Shown here: in pieces, positions 47,375-57,779 of the stretch | How the letters are laid out: each line of letters opens with the position of its first letter | Numbering within the stretch: the stretch's first letter is position 1 | From: Epithemia pelagica | Taxonomy: Eukaryota; Protista; Bacillariophyta | Direction: 5' to 3' | Length of the DNA: 64,000 nt | Assembly: GCA_946965045.2 (NCBI GenBank) | Contig: OX337240.1 | Coordinates: 1,302,001 to 1,366,000 of the forward strand | Translations under genes and position numbers: made by a program | The notes under the pieces: generated by a model | What the model saw: the letters and a program-made list of their open reading frames with translations, nothing else | Databases searched by the model: none | Told to the model about the DNA's origin: nothing

Positions 47375-47920
47375 ATGAGGCAACTGAAACATCACGAAAA
47401 GAAACTTTTACGAAAAGTCGATTTGTATTCCTGGAAGAATGAGGACAATATTCGGGAGGCCAAGATTTTGCGCCGGTATCACATTCAAAATCGAGAAGAC
47501 TACACGAGCTACCGAAGAATTGTGGGCATGGTGACCAAGCTCTCGGCCAAACTCAAAACCCTCAAACCAGAGGATCCCTTCCGAATAGCCATGACAGATC
47601 AACTCCTCACAAAGCTAAAAGATCTTGGTATAATCGATACAGACAAGTCCTTGGAGAAGGCCGATAAACTGACTGCGAGTGCTCTCTGCCGGAGACGTTT
47701 GCCCGTAATCATGGTTCGATTACGAATGGCGCAAACACTAAAATCTGCAATCACGTTGATCGAACAGGGACATGTTCGTGTGGGACCAAACGTTGTAACT
47801 GATCCTGCCTTTCTGGTGACTAGAAATCTGGAAGACTATGTGTGCTGGTTGGACAACTCAAAGATCAAGAGGACTGTCCAAAAGTACAATGACAAGTTGG
47901 ACGACTTTGATCTATTATAG
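47375..47920 (+). CDS. IMP3: U3 snoRNP protein IMP3 (S4 domain)
   Basis: MRQLKHHEKKLLRKVD, SALCRRRLPVIM, IEQGHVRVGP, DPAFLVTRNLEDYVCW. Confidence 0.97.
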   Translation: MRQLKHHEKKLLRKVDLYSWKNEDNIREAKILRRYHIQNREDYTSYRRIVGMVTKLSAKLKTLKPEDPFRIAMTDQLLTKLKDLGIIDTDKSLEKADKLTASALCRRRLPVIMVRLRMAQTLKSAITLIEQGHVRVGPNVVTDPAFLVTRNLEDYVCWLDNSKIKRTVQKYNDKLDDFDLL

Positions 47921-48189
47921 ATACAAGTTACTTTACAATCGTCGCGAAAGATTTCTGGGGCAGAAAGGTTTCTCTAACGGGAAACTTGGGCGCCATGGTC
48001 TGCTGTGAAGTCAGCAAACAGCCCTCTTCCGTTGCCCAATGAAGTGGTCCTGTACGACTATCTTGGTAGTTGTCGGTGATCCTCCGAATTGGATAGAATC
48101 GCATTCTCATTGCCGTTTGACTTTTGTTTCAATGGCTGGGATGTCTTCTTTTCCTTTCAGGCCTTTCAGGCTGAATTGTTCATCTTTCT

Positions 48190-49248
48190 TCATGCTTGCA
48201 AAGCATGTAGGAGCTTTTGCGACGCCTTTGCCAGAGCAAGATGACAGGAGTCACCCACTAGCTGTGCCTCTTCCACATCCCGGTTATTGATTCGAGATCG
48301 CAGGGAAGGGACACATTCGCACAGGGCAACGAGGGATTGAATCGCATAATAGCACATGTGTGGTTGACTGTGTACATGATGCATTTTCTCGAGAATGCAA
48401 GCCACCACGTCGTTGGAAAAGTTGTCGAGAAACGACCTCATATCAAGGGATTTACATTGCGAGGCAACGTGGAGCGCCTGTGAAAGGACTGCAAGGCCAA
48501 GATACGCCAAATCCGAGTCGTAAGACTGCGCCGTATCGGCAGTCGAATCATCATTGAAGGAATACCCAAACACCATGTGGGATATTCTTTCTTGAACTGG
48601 GTCGTTCGGGAAGAGGAGGCTCTTTGAGACTGTGGTGGAAACCGATAGACTGCTCTTGTTGGGGTCCGTCATGTGAAGTAATGAGAGTAAACCAAGTCTT
48701 TGTGCATCGAATCTGCGGTTGGTAATCAAGCCACAAGTAGTTTCCAAAGCATCGGCAATAGCTTCATCATCACTTCCAAATTTCGCAATGCTATCCGCTT
48801 GGTGAAGGAGCGCCTTGTTCCAGAAGCAGGGCGCTACTGGTCTCCCCCCGAGATTGGTTTCAGTTGAGCCTCGAAGGTCCCTGGCGAGCTGGTGAGAGTA
48901 GGCATGATAGGAGATGGCGTCACCACATCGCCGCTCGACTTCCACAATGATTTCGTCCGGGTTTGTATTGCATCCAAAAATGCATACAGTAAACTCCACT
49001 TGATCAAGAGAACAACACTTTGCCATGATGGGACTATCTTGGTAAGTGACCTGCACAGATAACTTCCGAAATGAATCCTGCAAAGTATCCAAAACTTGTT
49101 GTAATCTTCTGATTGGGAATCGAACTTGAAAGGGACCCAATGGATAGTACATCCCCAAGGGTGTCACCTCTGGCTTCTTCCAACCGTTCTGAAAGCTGTT
49201 GGCTTCCATCGGTGTATCCAGACTGCTGGTAGACAATGGTTTCGTCAT
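48190..49248 (-). CDS. Uncharacterised protein with KA1-like N-terminal domain and helical C-terminus (paralog A)
   Basis: DQVEFTVCIF...IIVEVERRCGDAISYH. Collinear with the 56002..57234 paralog. Confidence 0.8.
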   Translation of the reverse strand: MTKPLSTSSLDTPMEANSFQNGWKKPEVTPLGMYYPLGPFQVRFPIRRLQQVLDTLQDSFRKLSVQVTYQDSPIMAKCCSLDQVEFTVCIFGCNTNPDEIIVEVERRCGDAISYHAYSHQLARDLRGSTETNLGGRPVAPCFWNKALLHQADSIAKFGSDDEAIADALETTCGLITNRRFDAQRLGLLSLLHMTDPNKSSLSVSTTVSKSLLFPNDPVQERISHMVFGYSFNDDSTADTAQSYDSDLAYLGLAVLSQALHVASQCKSLDMRSFLDNFSNDVVACILEKMHHVHSQPHMCYYAIQSLVALCECVPSLRSRINNRDVEEAQLVGDSCHLALAKASQKLLHALQA

Positions 49249-50126
49249 GCTTTGCTCAGTGAAGATGAATGTTGGCCCGCATCAGATAATTTCGAGGACC
49301 GAAAGTCTGGTACATCTGCTTTGCCCATCGTTGGGCTGCAAATCTCGGTTGTTGTCATTTTGAAACTGCTGTTTTTGTTGTGGTCTCGGTCGCTTTTTGG
49401 ATGTTTGTGTGATCCTTTTGTGGGACAAGAGGCGAGTTGTTGTAGAACAACGAACGTCTTCTCTTGCGATTCGCTTTGTGATGCCTTTTGATTTTTGATT
49501 GGCTTCACGAAAATTCTCTTGGAGGTGTGGGTCTGGATCTGTCGTACGATTTTTGATCAAATACGAACTTTCCCCGTTCGGTTGTACGATGAATGACAAC
49601 ATGACACACATTGGAACGACATCGAGCTGCACCTTCAGAATGACAAAGATCGACCAAACCAACTCTCTATCGCTTCTGAAAATGTTATATATCACACAAT
49701 TTGTCTGCACTACCTTTCTTGGAAATCGAGGTAGTTGAAACAAGTTTGTGCGACCCAAGGTTCGGAGTCCCGCGATGCGAACCAGAATTTTGGTCATGCA
49801 CAAACTCGAACTGGATACTCGGGACTCGGGGAAGATGACAGATGACGTCACATGTCGGTGCGAACTACAAGAACTCGAACGAACTCCATTTGATTTTGAT
49901 CCCCCCCCAATAAGATATCACAAGAAATATCTATCCCCCAGCGGGGGTGAGTAATGAGGACTAGCGATAGAATACACGATTTGTATTTTCTATCTCAAGC
50001 GCAGCGTATTCGATCACGCGGGACTCATTAGCCAATGCTTGGGGGTAATGCAAGATCCACATGGCGATATATCCTTGCGAGCAATCCGCATCAAGCGACC
50101 ATGGATGAGAAAGGATCATACACGCC

Positions 50127-51347
50127 ATGACAACGCCAACACTACAGTTTACGCTCCAGAGCACATTCAATGAAGAAGAGAAGCATGCATTTCAGTTTCG
50201 ACCGGACGCCAAGAAGAAATCCGTCTTTTGGCTTGGAGGGGACCATGACGCGACGACCATTGACTCGTCCAATGAGGCTTCCTGCAGCGCAAAAAGAATG
50301 GAAATAAACATAAACTCCCCATCGCAGGCCATCATCTCATTGAAGGCTTCTTCCTCTGATAACCCACTCCCATGGGCTGTGGGTGGCTTTCAACTTGTAA
50401 GCAATGCACGCCAAGCCCACGTCTACATAACGGCAGCCCCGACAAATGCAACGTCGTCGCAGACCGAGAAGGAAGCATTTATTATGACAGTAAAGGGTCT
50501 TCCTGTGTCTCCAGAATCGGAGAGTTCGGATGACCAAAAATGGTATAAAGCTCTTTGCGCGGTTCCTGGAGGACCACGGCCTGCCGTGTCCGTCCGACTG
50601 GTCTTTGACAAGCTCTGCAATGAAGACGACAGCAACCCTCAATTTAAACTCAAATGGATGAAACTAACAGCGCGTGTTGCTTCGACAACCGATACGGGAC
50701 ATCACGGCCAACAGCCTCCTAGCCGAGGGATGCAGTCCTCCCTTTCGTTCGTCGCAGGTGGTCCACCTACTGGAGTTGGTACTATGGGAAAACAACATCA
50801 TGAGCATCGTATAGCAATGCCCCAGATTCCTGGACTGTTTGGAGGGACCGCTGGGATGAATGCTGGTCTTGCTGCAGCTTCTCCGGCTACTTTTGCCTCG
50901 TCTCCCCAGCAAGCCGAACCACTGGCAACGGCAAGCGACGTGGGCGCCGCAATGGCAGGTCTTCACTTCTCATTGAGATCAACCGAGGAGCGTATCTTGA
51001 AACAAATAGAAGCTTCTCAGGATCAATTTCAGAAGCTCCTTGTCCAGCAACAACAAAACTACTTGGCAAGTTTACAAAGGACTATTGAACAGCACCAACA
51101 GTGGATCGAACAAAAACTTGAAAATCAGCGAAACGAATTGATCGACGCATTTAGACGTGAAACTGGTACAAATGCGACGCCACACAGTCCATCCAATACA
51201 CATGCACCGTATGATACAGGACACGAATACGGCAAATCAACAGCAAAGGATGAGGAAGGAGCATCAAATGAGTCTTTGTGGCTCCAGTATGCTAAAATGG
51301 ACTTGAACAGAAACTGCTTCGACCCAGATGGCGCAAAGAGGAGCTGA
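50127..51347 (+). CDS. Hypothetical protein: N-terminal beta-rich domain (weak resemblance to PAAT/C10orf88) and Gln-rich coiled coil
   Basis: 406-aa ATG ORF. GFQLVSNARQAHVY is only reminiscent of the PAAT motif; family unverified. Confidence 0.65.
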   Translation: MTTPTLQFTLQSTFNEEEKHAFQFRPDAKKKSVFWLGGDHDATTIDSSNEASCSAKRMEININSPSQAIISLKASSSDNPLPWAVGGFQLVSNARQAHVYITAAPTNATSSQTEKEAFIMTVKGLPVSPESESSDDQKWYKALCAVPGGPRPAVSVRLVFDKLCNEDDSNPQFKLKWMKLTARVASTTDTGHHGQQPPSRGMQSSLSFVAGGPPTGVGTMGKQHHEHRIAMPQIPGLFGGTAGMNAGLAAASPATFASSPQQAEPLATASDVGAAMAGLHFSLRSTEERILKQIEASQDQFQKLLVQQQQNYLASLQRTIEQHQQWIEQKLENQRNELIDAFRRETGTNATPHSPSNTHAPYDTGHEYGKSTAKDEEGASNESLWLQYAKMDLNRNCFDPDGAKRS

Positions 51348-51689
51348 ATCTAGTCTACTTTTCCTTTTGATGAAAACGCATGATGTAGCGGCTGGCTGTA
51401 AGCTACACCCTGGTTCACCTGGGGCATACAATTATTGGCTTGAATTTTTAGTCAAGCCCCCCTAGAGCAGTGGGATTTGTTGGCCCAATTGAATGCGCTA
51501 AACAGAACCCATGGTCGTATTGATGGCAGTTCCAAGCATACAGTCGTGGTTTAGTTGGCTTCAATAAACGGATTGACTTCCTATCTTACGTGTGCCCCCT
51601 TTCTGAGTTCTTCACGAGGCCGTGATTCGGATAAGGTGTAAATGTGAATCTGTGTACAAGACTCGAAAGAATGGAAGTGACGACTGCCT

Positions 51690-54262
51690 TCAAAAGTCGT
51701 CAAGATGGACACGAACCAACCCTTTGCTCGAATCGAGTTTCACACCTACAAATGACGCACTCGGCTGGGCGGCAAAGCTGTTAGAGGACGATTTCGTCCC
51801 CTTTTTGATAGTTGATTTCTTCTTCCGACTCTTTGCAAAGGCCGTGGCAGATTTCAGGGCGCATTCATCAGACTCAATTTCAATTTGCCCGTCTCCATCG
51901 AGACATTTTCGAGTTGATACAGTGCCTTCTGTACATTCCTCCATCGAATGCAAGAATTCGACACAAATACGACGGCGTTTGCGCCATTCAGCAGCCATGT
52001 GGTCGATGCGTCGTTTTAGTTGATGCTTCGTGTGCTCATTCACTTTGAGTTGGCGCGCGTTTTCGACTTCTTCTCGAAGAGATTCAAGCAGGGCCTCGTC
52101 CTTTACAAGCTTAGTAGTGGCCTCTTCGTTGGTTGGCTCGGAAAGAAGTTTGGCAGTGGTGGCTTTTGCAGTCTGAATTGAAGTTTTCAAGAGGTCGAGA
52201 CGTTCTTTGGCTTGTGCTAAATCAGAGTAGAGCTTGCACTTCTCCTCTCCCTCAAGGCCGTTTCCATTGTTCGGCATCTGTTTGTAGTCGACGTAGTAGA
52301 GGGTGGTGTTGGAAGTCTTACCCCCTTTGAAGGAAAGTGAGCCGGAATACGGAGTGGATGATTTTGGAGATGATGCTTCCGAGTCTTGCTGCTCCTCGTC
52401 GTCACTATCAACGAAGCCAGATGAATGTACACTATCCAATGCCATATCGTCAAGGCAGGCTTTCAGAACTGGTGACGGAACGACTGCTTTGAGATCCTTC
52501 ATTATCTGGTTAGACGGTGGAAATAGCATCGCTGTCACCGCAACTCAGAAACTTACCTTGTGAACTTGTGTGATATTCATCGGACGAAATGCATCATGCA
52601 GCAGTTCAAAGATAAGTTTCTTTGCATCAGGCTTGCTCACGATTATCCGCGCATCTTTTCCTCCCATCGCTTCTGCTTGTTCTTGCCACTTCTTGTGGAT
52701 AGCCAAGGCTTCTTTTGATGGTTTTGGAGCGACCCTGTTCTTGGGCTTTGGTTCCATAGGAGTGACGTCGTTTGCATTCGAGCTTGGGCGAACATTTGAC
52801 CCTGATGAGCCTGACTGTGGAACAGGAGTCACAGTGTGAGAAGTTTTCGGATGTGGAATAGGACTATTTGCTGAAGTTTGTGGTGGAAAGGTCGGCATTG
52901 CAACTTTCTTGCGTTTCGAACACTTAGCACGCATCAAGGTCATATGTTCTTCGCTCATGAAGGAAAGAGGAAGCTCCGCCAGGTCGGGCCAACCGCCAAA
53001 GTCATCCTCCTGGCAAAAAAGGTTCAGAACGGAAATGGCACAGAAACGATTTTGTAGCGCTCGACTTACCTGGCAGTCCAAGCATGAGTACCATTTTTCG
53101 GTTGGGGCCAGATTTGACACATAGATCATGGCTGCTACATTGCGACACGACTCTCCTGAACAAACAATGGGGCACTCTTTCAGATCCTGGATCGACATTA
53201 TTTTCTTCACTTCCCATTCTTCTTCGTCGTCATCCTCCGCCTCGTCTTGCCGTGAACCGTCTTCATTACATTTGCTGCCAGAGCACTCCTCGTCATTACT
53301 GGTTGTCGAAGGAAGATCACCATCAGCTACCTCTCGTACCCTATTTTCGCTCTCCTCATCATCGGCGTCGTTCGCTTTGGTATCGGGTCCTCCGTTGTCT
53401 GGCGAACATGGAACTTCGTGGCAGTCTTTCCCATCCTGATCATCGAGCATACGTGACTTCGCTTCACCAGGGTCAACTACGTTCCTTTTATGGTCATCTT
53501 CGATGGTTTTATTCCGTGACACGTTTTCTTGATCTCCATCCATGGAGGAGTTTTGACGAACGCGGTCACTCATTGAAGCATCTTCCGGGATTACCATGGT
53601 GTTACTCGCTTCTCCTATGCTATTGGACTCAGTATTTTCATCTGCCTGATCTCCCTTCTGCTCGCTTTCTTCGAGAGAGGAAGTCTCGTGGGCCAAATCT
53701 TCCTTGGTGTTCTGGCTTATATTCATTCGTTCAGATTCTTCACTGGAAGACGGGTTGGAATTATTGGCATCATCTCGTCGCGAGTCATTCATAGACGGAT
53801 CATTTGCAGGAGTTCCTCTTTTCCCTTCGTCATTGTCAACATCTTCAAGTTGCTCGTCGTTCGATTCGCACCCTTTCATCTTTTTTGAAGGCTGTGTGAC
53901 ATGACCCTCCATTTCGGCTTCATCTTCCATGTCTTGTGGCTGCTCGTTCTCATGGCTTTTTCGCTTGGAGGACAGTGGCGTGCTCTTGGGAATCTTTTCA
54001 TCGTCTGAGTCTGACTTGTCCTCAGTTTCTGTGTTACTGGAGGTCGGTATTGATCCGTCTTGCCCTTCATTCTCATCACATTCTAAACTAGTGACAGGTT
54101 CAGGTTCAAGTTCTGGATCCTTGGATTCCTTTTTCGAATCCTGTCGATCAGCATTTCCCCCTGTAAGTCCATCATAATTCCTGTTGCCTGGGCATGCTTT
54201 GTTGTACTTACGATTTGGGTTTTGCTGGCGGTCTTGGACCTACGTGCACGTGTTGCCGCCAT
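51690..54262 (-). CDS. HOP2: HOP2 (PSMC3IP/TBPIP)-domain protein with ~500-aa N-terminal extension
   Basis: complement join(51690..52496,52557..53009,53070..54140,54212..54262), all phase 0, 793 aa. Winged helix AKKLIFELLHDAFRPMNITQVH, TLYYVD, LLSEPTNEE, EWRKRRRI, IEIESDE. Confidence 0.8.
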
Positions 54263-55088
54263 GTTCGCTTCCTTTGTCTTTGTCCCCTTTCCAGTCTGGA
54301 ATGAGAAAAGAAAGTTATGGTTTATGATTACGAGTACATTTTGCCTCCCTACGAATTCAAATATGAAATGTGACGATCCCGCGCGCGCTCCTGTCCCAGA
54401 ATCAGCTCTCATGTACGAGTAGTCCCGCAGATCAAAAAGATCCGTTAAGATCTGTTTTATCTCCAGGTCGTCGTACCATTGACGGTCTGCAAGGCGATGC
54501 AAATATCCGTACAACAGGATATCTCTTCATCGTTCAACTTTATCTGGATATTCCCCCCCGCAGATATTACAACTTGATCGACAGAGATGTAGGTCTGTTG
54601 GGAACAGCCACTCGGAATTACTGTTTAACACATCTCGATTTCACCAGGCGAACGAGACCACTACGAATACCCTCACTTGAAGAGTCAAGTGAAATGCTCT
54701 CTAGTTGTGAACTGGAGTTCTTTGCTAAGATCAATAGCGATCATTAAGACATCGAGCGGAACAACCTTGATAACATAAAGACTGAGCATCAATCTTCCCC
54801 TCGCCGACCCCATTTCCTACTGTTATCAAACTTTATTTGATGCAAACCAAGACCATCTCTTGAATTAGGTTTACCTTACTGTGCTCTATTGCAACGAAGG
54901 CCTCTTTATCGTCTCTCAATGGAAGTTTGGGGCGGGACTACAGTGCGGCGAAGCGAAGGATGATAAGAACAGTCGCATTTGGGTCACATCGCAACAACAA
55001 AACAATGTTGCCGCGCTCCGCCGCATTTGGATTTTTGATGTTGCTTTCTGAAACCTGAACTCAACTTGTGTGCATTGAAAATCAAGCC

Positions 55089-55499
55089 ATGTCTAGAATG
55101 TCTGACCGCAACTTTGCTGCAGTCACAAGATTTCGTCGTCCCTACTCTTCGCGTCCACCTGTATGGCTTGATGATCCATCGTGGAGAGGTCAACAGCTAG
55201 AAGACGACGAGGTGGATGTCAGGCGTTTCGAATCTGCCGTGGCGCCTCTCTTAGAGGAAGGAGAGCTTGATGCAGATGCAATCGTTGTAACTCCTGCAGG
55301 AAACTCATCGGTTGCTGCAAATCAAGCTGCCGAACGTAGAAGACGAGAAGAAAGATGGAATGATATTGGCCTTGATCAACTGTTGATGCCAAACGAACTC
55401 AACAATGCCAACAACACAAGCGCATCCAGCAATAATGCTTCTACATCAAACGAAGGGCCTAATAGAAGTCGAAACGATACACCTGCTAGTGCAGGCTAG
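55089..55499 (+). CDS. ANAPC13: Anaphase-promoting complex subunit 13 (Apc13/Swm1)-like
   Basis: DPSWRGQQLEDDEVDV and EERWNDIGL match the Apc13 pattern (D.W..D.L..D.I.V ... E.KW.DLGL). Small and acidic. Confidence 0.7.
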   Translation: MSRMSDRNFAAVTRFRRPYSSRPPVWLDDPSWRGQQLEDDEVDVRRFESAVAPLLEEGELDADAIVVTPAGNSSVAANQAAERRRREERWNDIGLDQLLMPNELNNANNTSASSNNASTSNEGPNRSRNDTPASAG

Positions 55500-56001
55500 G
55501 GACGGACGTATCTCACGTGGCGGATAAAGAAGAGGCCGTGCTTCGTCAACAATTTGAATCTCCTCGAAGACCCATGCAATTTCCATCCATTTGCCAAAAA
55601 AAAAAACGATCTGCATGATTATCTTCCTTTTGGAACGGAAGGTCAATACAGATGAAGTGTGCCCTCTAGCTTAGAATGCAGCGGTATACATATGCAGGTA
55701 GATGATGCCTCAAGTAAAACAGATAACTGAACTATCGTGAAATCGCTCTGGAAAAATCGTTGCTGTGGAAGCTCACGTTCTTAGCACACACTTCTCATTG
55801 CAGAGCGCTGCCTTTAGAAGGAGAAATGCTCATTGAACAGGTAGAATTTCAGCAGAATCCACGTATCATTGGAGTTGGAGACTTGATATTCAATGTGGAA
55901 CAGAATGGCGATGAAACTGAGTCTCAAAGTACTCCTAGGTTTTCTTGATTCTTTTCTTGACCTCGCTTTCAACGTAACGCCATGAATAAAGGCCCAGCAG
56001 C

Positions 56002-57234
56002 TCAAACTTGTAAAGCCAGCGACAGCTTTTGAGATACTGTTGCGAGAGCAAGATGACAGGAATCACCAAAGAGCTGAGCCTCTTCAACATCACGACTACA
56101 CACGCGAGACCTCAACGAGGGTACGCAGTCACAAAGAGCCAACATGGACTGAACTGCATAGTAGCAAACATGAGGGTGCTCTCGAAAGTCCTGCATCTTA
56201 AGTAAAATACACTCGACCAAGTCACATGGACATGCATGAAGGAAAGATTCCACGTGAATCGACTTAGACTGTGAAGCAATTTCAAATGTCTGCGAAGCAA
56301 CAATGAGAGCCATGTAAGAAAACTCGGAGTCGCTTCCAAGGCACGAGCCATCAACGTTCCGTGATGATGGTTCGTCTCCGTTGCAGACAAATTCAAATAT
56401 TCTTCGAGAGACTCTTTCTTCTTCTCCATCCTTTGGCAACAGCAAACATTTTGATGCCGCCTTTGCAACTTTGTATGAGCTTTTGTTGGGATCCGTGATT
56501 TGGATCAACGATTCCAAGCCTAGTCTTCGTGCGTCATAGCGATCGTTTGAGATCAAATCCCATGATATCTTGAAAGCTTCCGCGATATGGCTCTCGTATT
56601 CCACTTCTGTAGGAACGATGGTGTCAGCAAGCTCAACCAGCTTTCGGTTCCAAAAACAAGGTGGCACCGCCTGCCCCGAATCTTGAGAGGGCTCTACCCC
56701 GTCCAGGGCACATGTGATTCTTTGAGCGTACCGGTGAAACGAGAAAACGTCTCCGCCTCTTCTCTCAATTTCAATGACAATTTCAGAAGGGTCAGTCCGG
56801 CCTGCAAGGACATTGACTTCAAACTCCACTTGGTCCATGGACTCGCAAGAAGCTTGGATTGGACTTTCTTTGTAAACCACATGGATCGAGAGTATGCGAA
56901 ATAAATCCACTATGGTACTAAGGACGGAACTGAGTCGATTATGAGGCAATCGACGATGGCATGGGCCAAGTGGGTAGTAAGTGCCTATGCTTGTAAGGCG
57001 CGGGTCTTGCCACCCATTTCGAACGTGTGTGATACGAGGATGAATGACGACTGGTACGTCTGGTGGCGACTGTTTGTCGGTCTCATCTGTCGCTGAGTTG
57101 GTTAGCGAAGGATCTTTTGCCGTTATTCTTGCTGAGCGAAAGGCCAGCGAATGGCGCTGTTCAGGACTTTTTTTGCGCGCTTTGCATGGTCGGTGGGTAC
57201 GTTTGTGGTAATGTTTCTTGTCGTTCTTGTCCAT
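56002..57234 (-). CDS. Uncharacterised protein with KA1-like domain and helical C-terminus (paralog B)
   Basis: DQVEFEVNVL...IVIEIERRGGDVFSFH. Shares NGW, YYPLGP, PCFWN, RRLGLESL and DVEEAQLxGDSCHLALA with 48190..49248. Confidence 0.8.
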   Translation of the reverse strand: MDKNDKKHYHKRTHRPCKARKKSPEQRHSLAFRSARITAKDPSLTNSATDETDKQSPPDVPVVIHPRITHVRNGWQDPRLTSIGTYYPLGPCHRRLPHNRLSSVLSTIVDLFRILSIHVVYKESPIQASCESMDQVEFEVNVLAGRTDPSEIVIEIERRGGDVFSFHRYAQRITCALDGVEPSQDSGQAVPPCFWNRKLVELADTIVPTEVEYESHIAEAFKISWDLISNDRYDARRLGLESLIQITDPNKSSYKVAKAASKCLLLPKDGEEERVSRRIFEFVCNGDEPSSRNVDGSCLGSDSEFSYMALIVASQTFEIASQSKSIHVESFLHACPCDLVECILLKMQDFREHPHVCYYAVQSMLALCDCVPSLRSRVCSRDVEEAQLFGDSCHLALATVSQKLSLALQV

Positions 57235-57779
57235 TGTCTTTCTTGAGATTTACTATATCCTCTTGTGAAGCGAATAAGGAATGAGATGAAAGGACGATCT
57301 TTTTGTGAGACGTCGATCTGTCATGTATCCGAATCACGTTTGGAGCAGTCATATCGTACACCTCATCGTTAAATAGTGGGTTAAGTAATGATCAATCATG
57401 ATCTATTTATCAGTCGCGCAGATTGGAAATGTGAGACGCAGCAGCCAATCGAGGAATAAAAAAATAGGGAAAACACGGAAAACGAACCGAAGATCATCAA
57501 TCATCATTCAAAATTAGATGTAAAAGAGGAAATGATGTAAGGGTTCGAGTTACACACTTTTATGTTTACGGGGCATTCACTAACTCAAGTCTCGTTTCGT
57601 GCTTTTATCAGTTCGCCCAGTTCTCGAAAGCGACTTTCGGTGCCCAAGAGGGGGCGGTACTTCAGAACTTCGCCTTTCGGACACAAACAGTGTTCAAATG
57701 ATAACTTGGTCACAAAGAAGCTCGGATTCCAAAGTATGATTACAAAGTATGGCCATAATGGCTTCGTGATGCACAACAA

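Noticed and set aside
51384-51470. Possible SRP RNA or tRNA (GGCTGTAAG, GGTTCA, GAGCAG)
   Set aside because: No GNRA helix 8, no cloverleaf and no canonical T-loop. Kept only as an unassigned hairpin cluster.
54675-54692. CACTTGA-agag-TCAAGTG hairpin resembling the 51437 hairpin on the other side of HOP2, as possible TE ends
   Set aside because: Only a 5-bp CTTGA core is shared, with no target-site duplication or transposase.
54724-54734. GCTAAGATCAA matching part of U2 snRNA
   Set aside because: The branch-point-pairing GTGTAGTA and the 5' stem do not follow; chance match.
54370-54747. 125-aa ORF between HOP2 and APC13
   Set aside because: Non-ATG start and no motif; not supportable as a gene.
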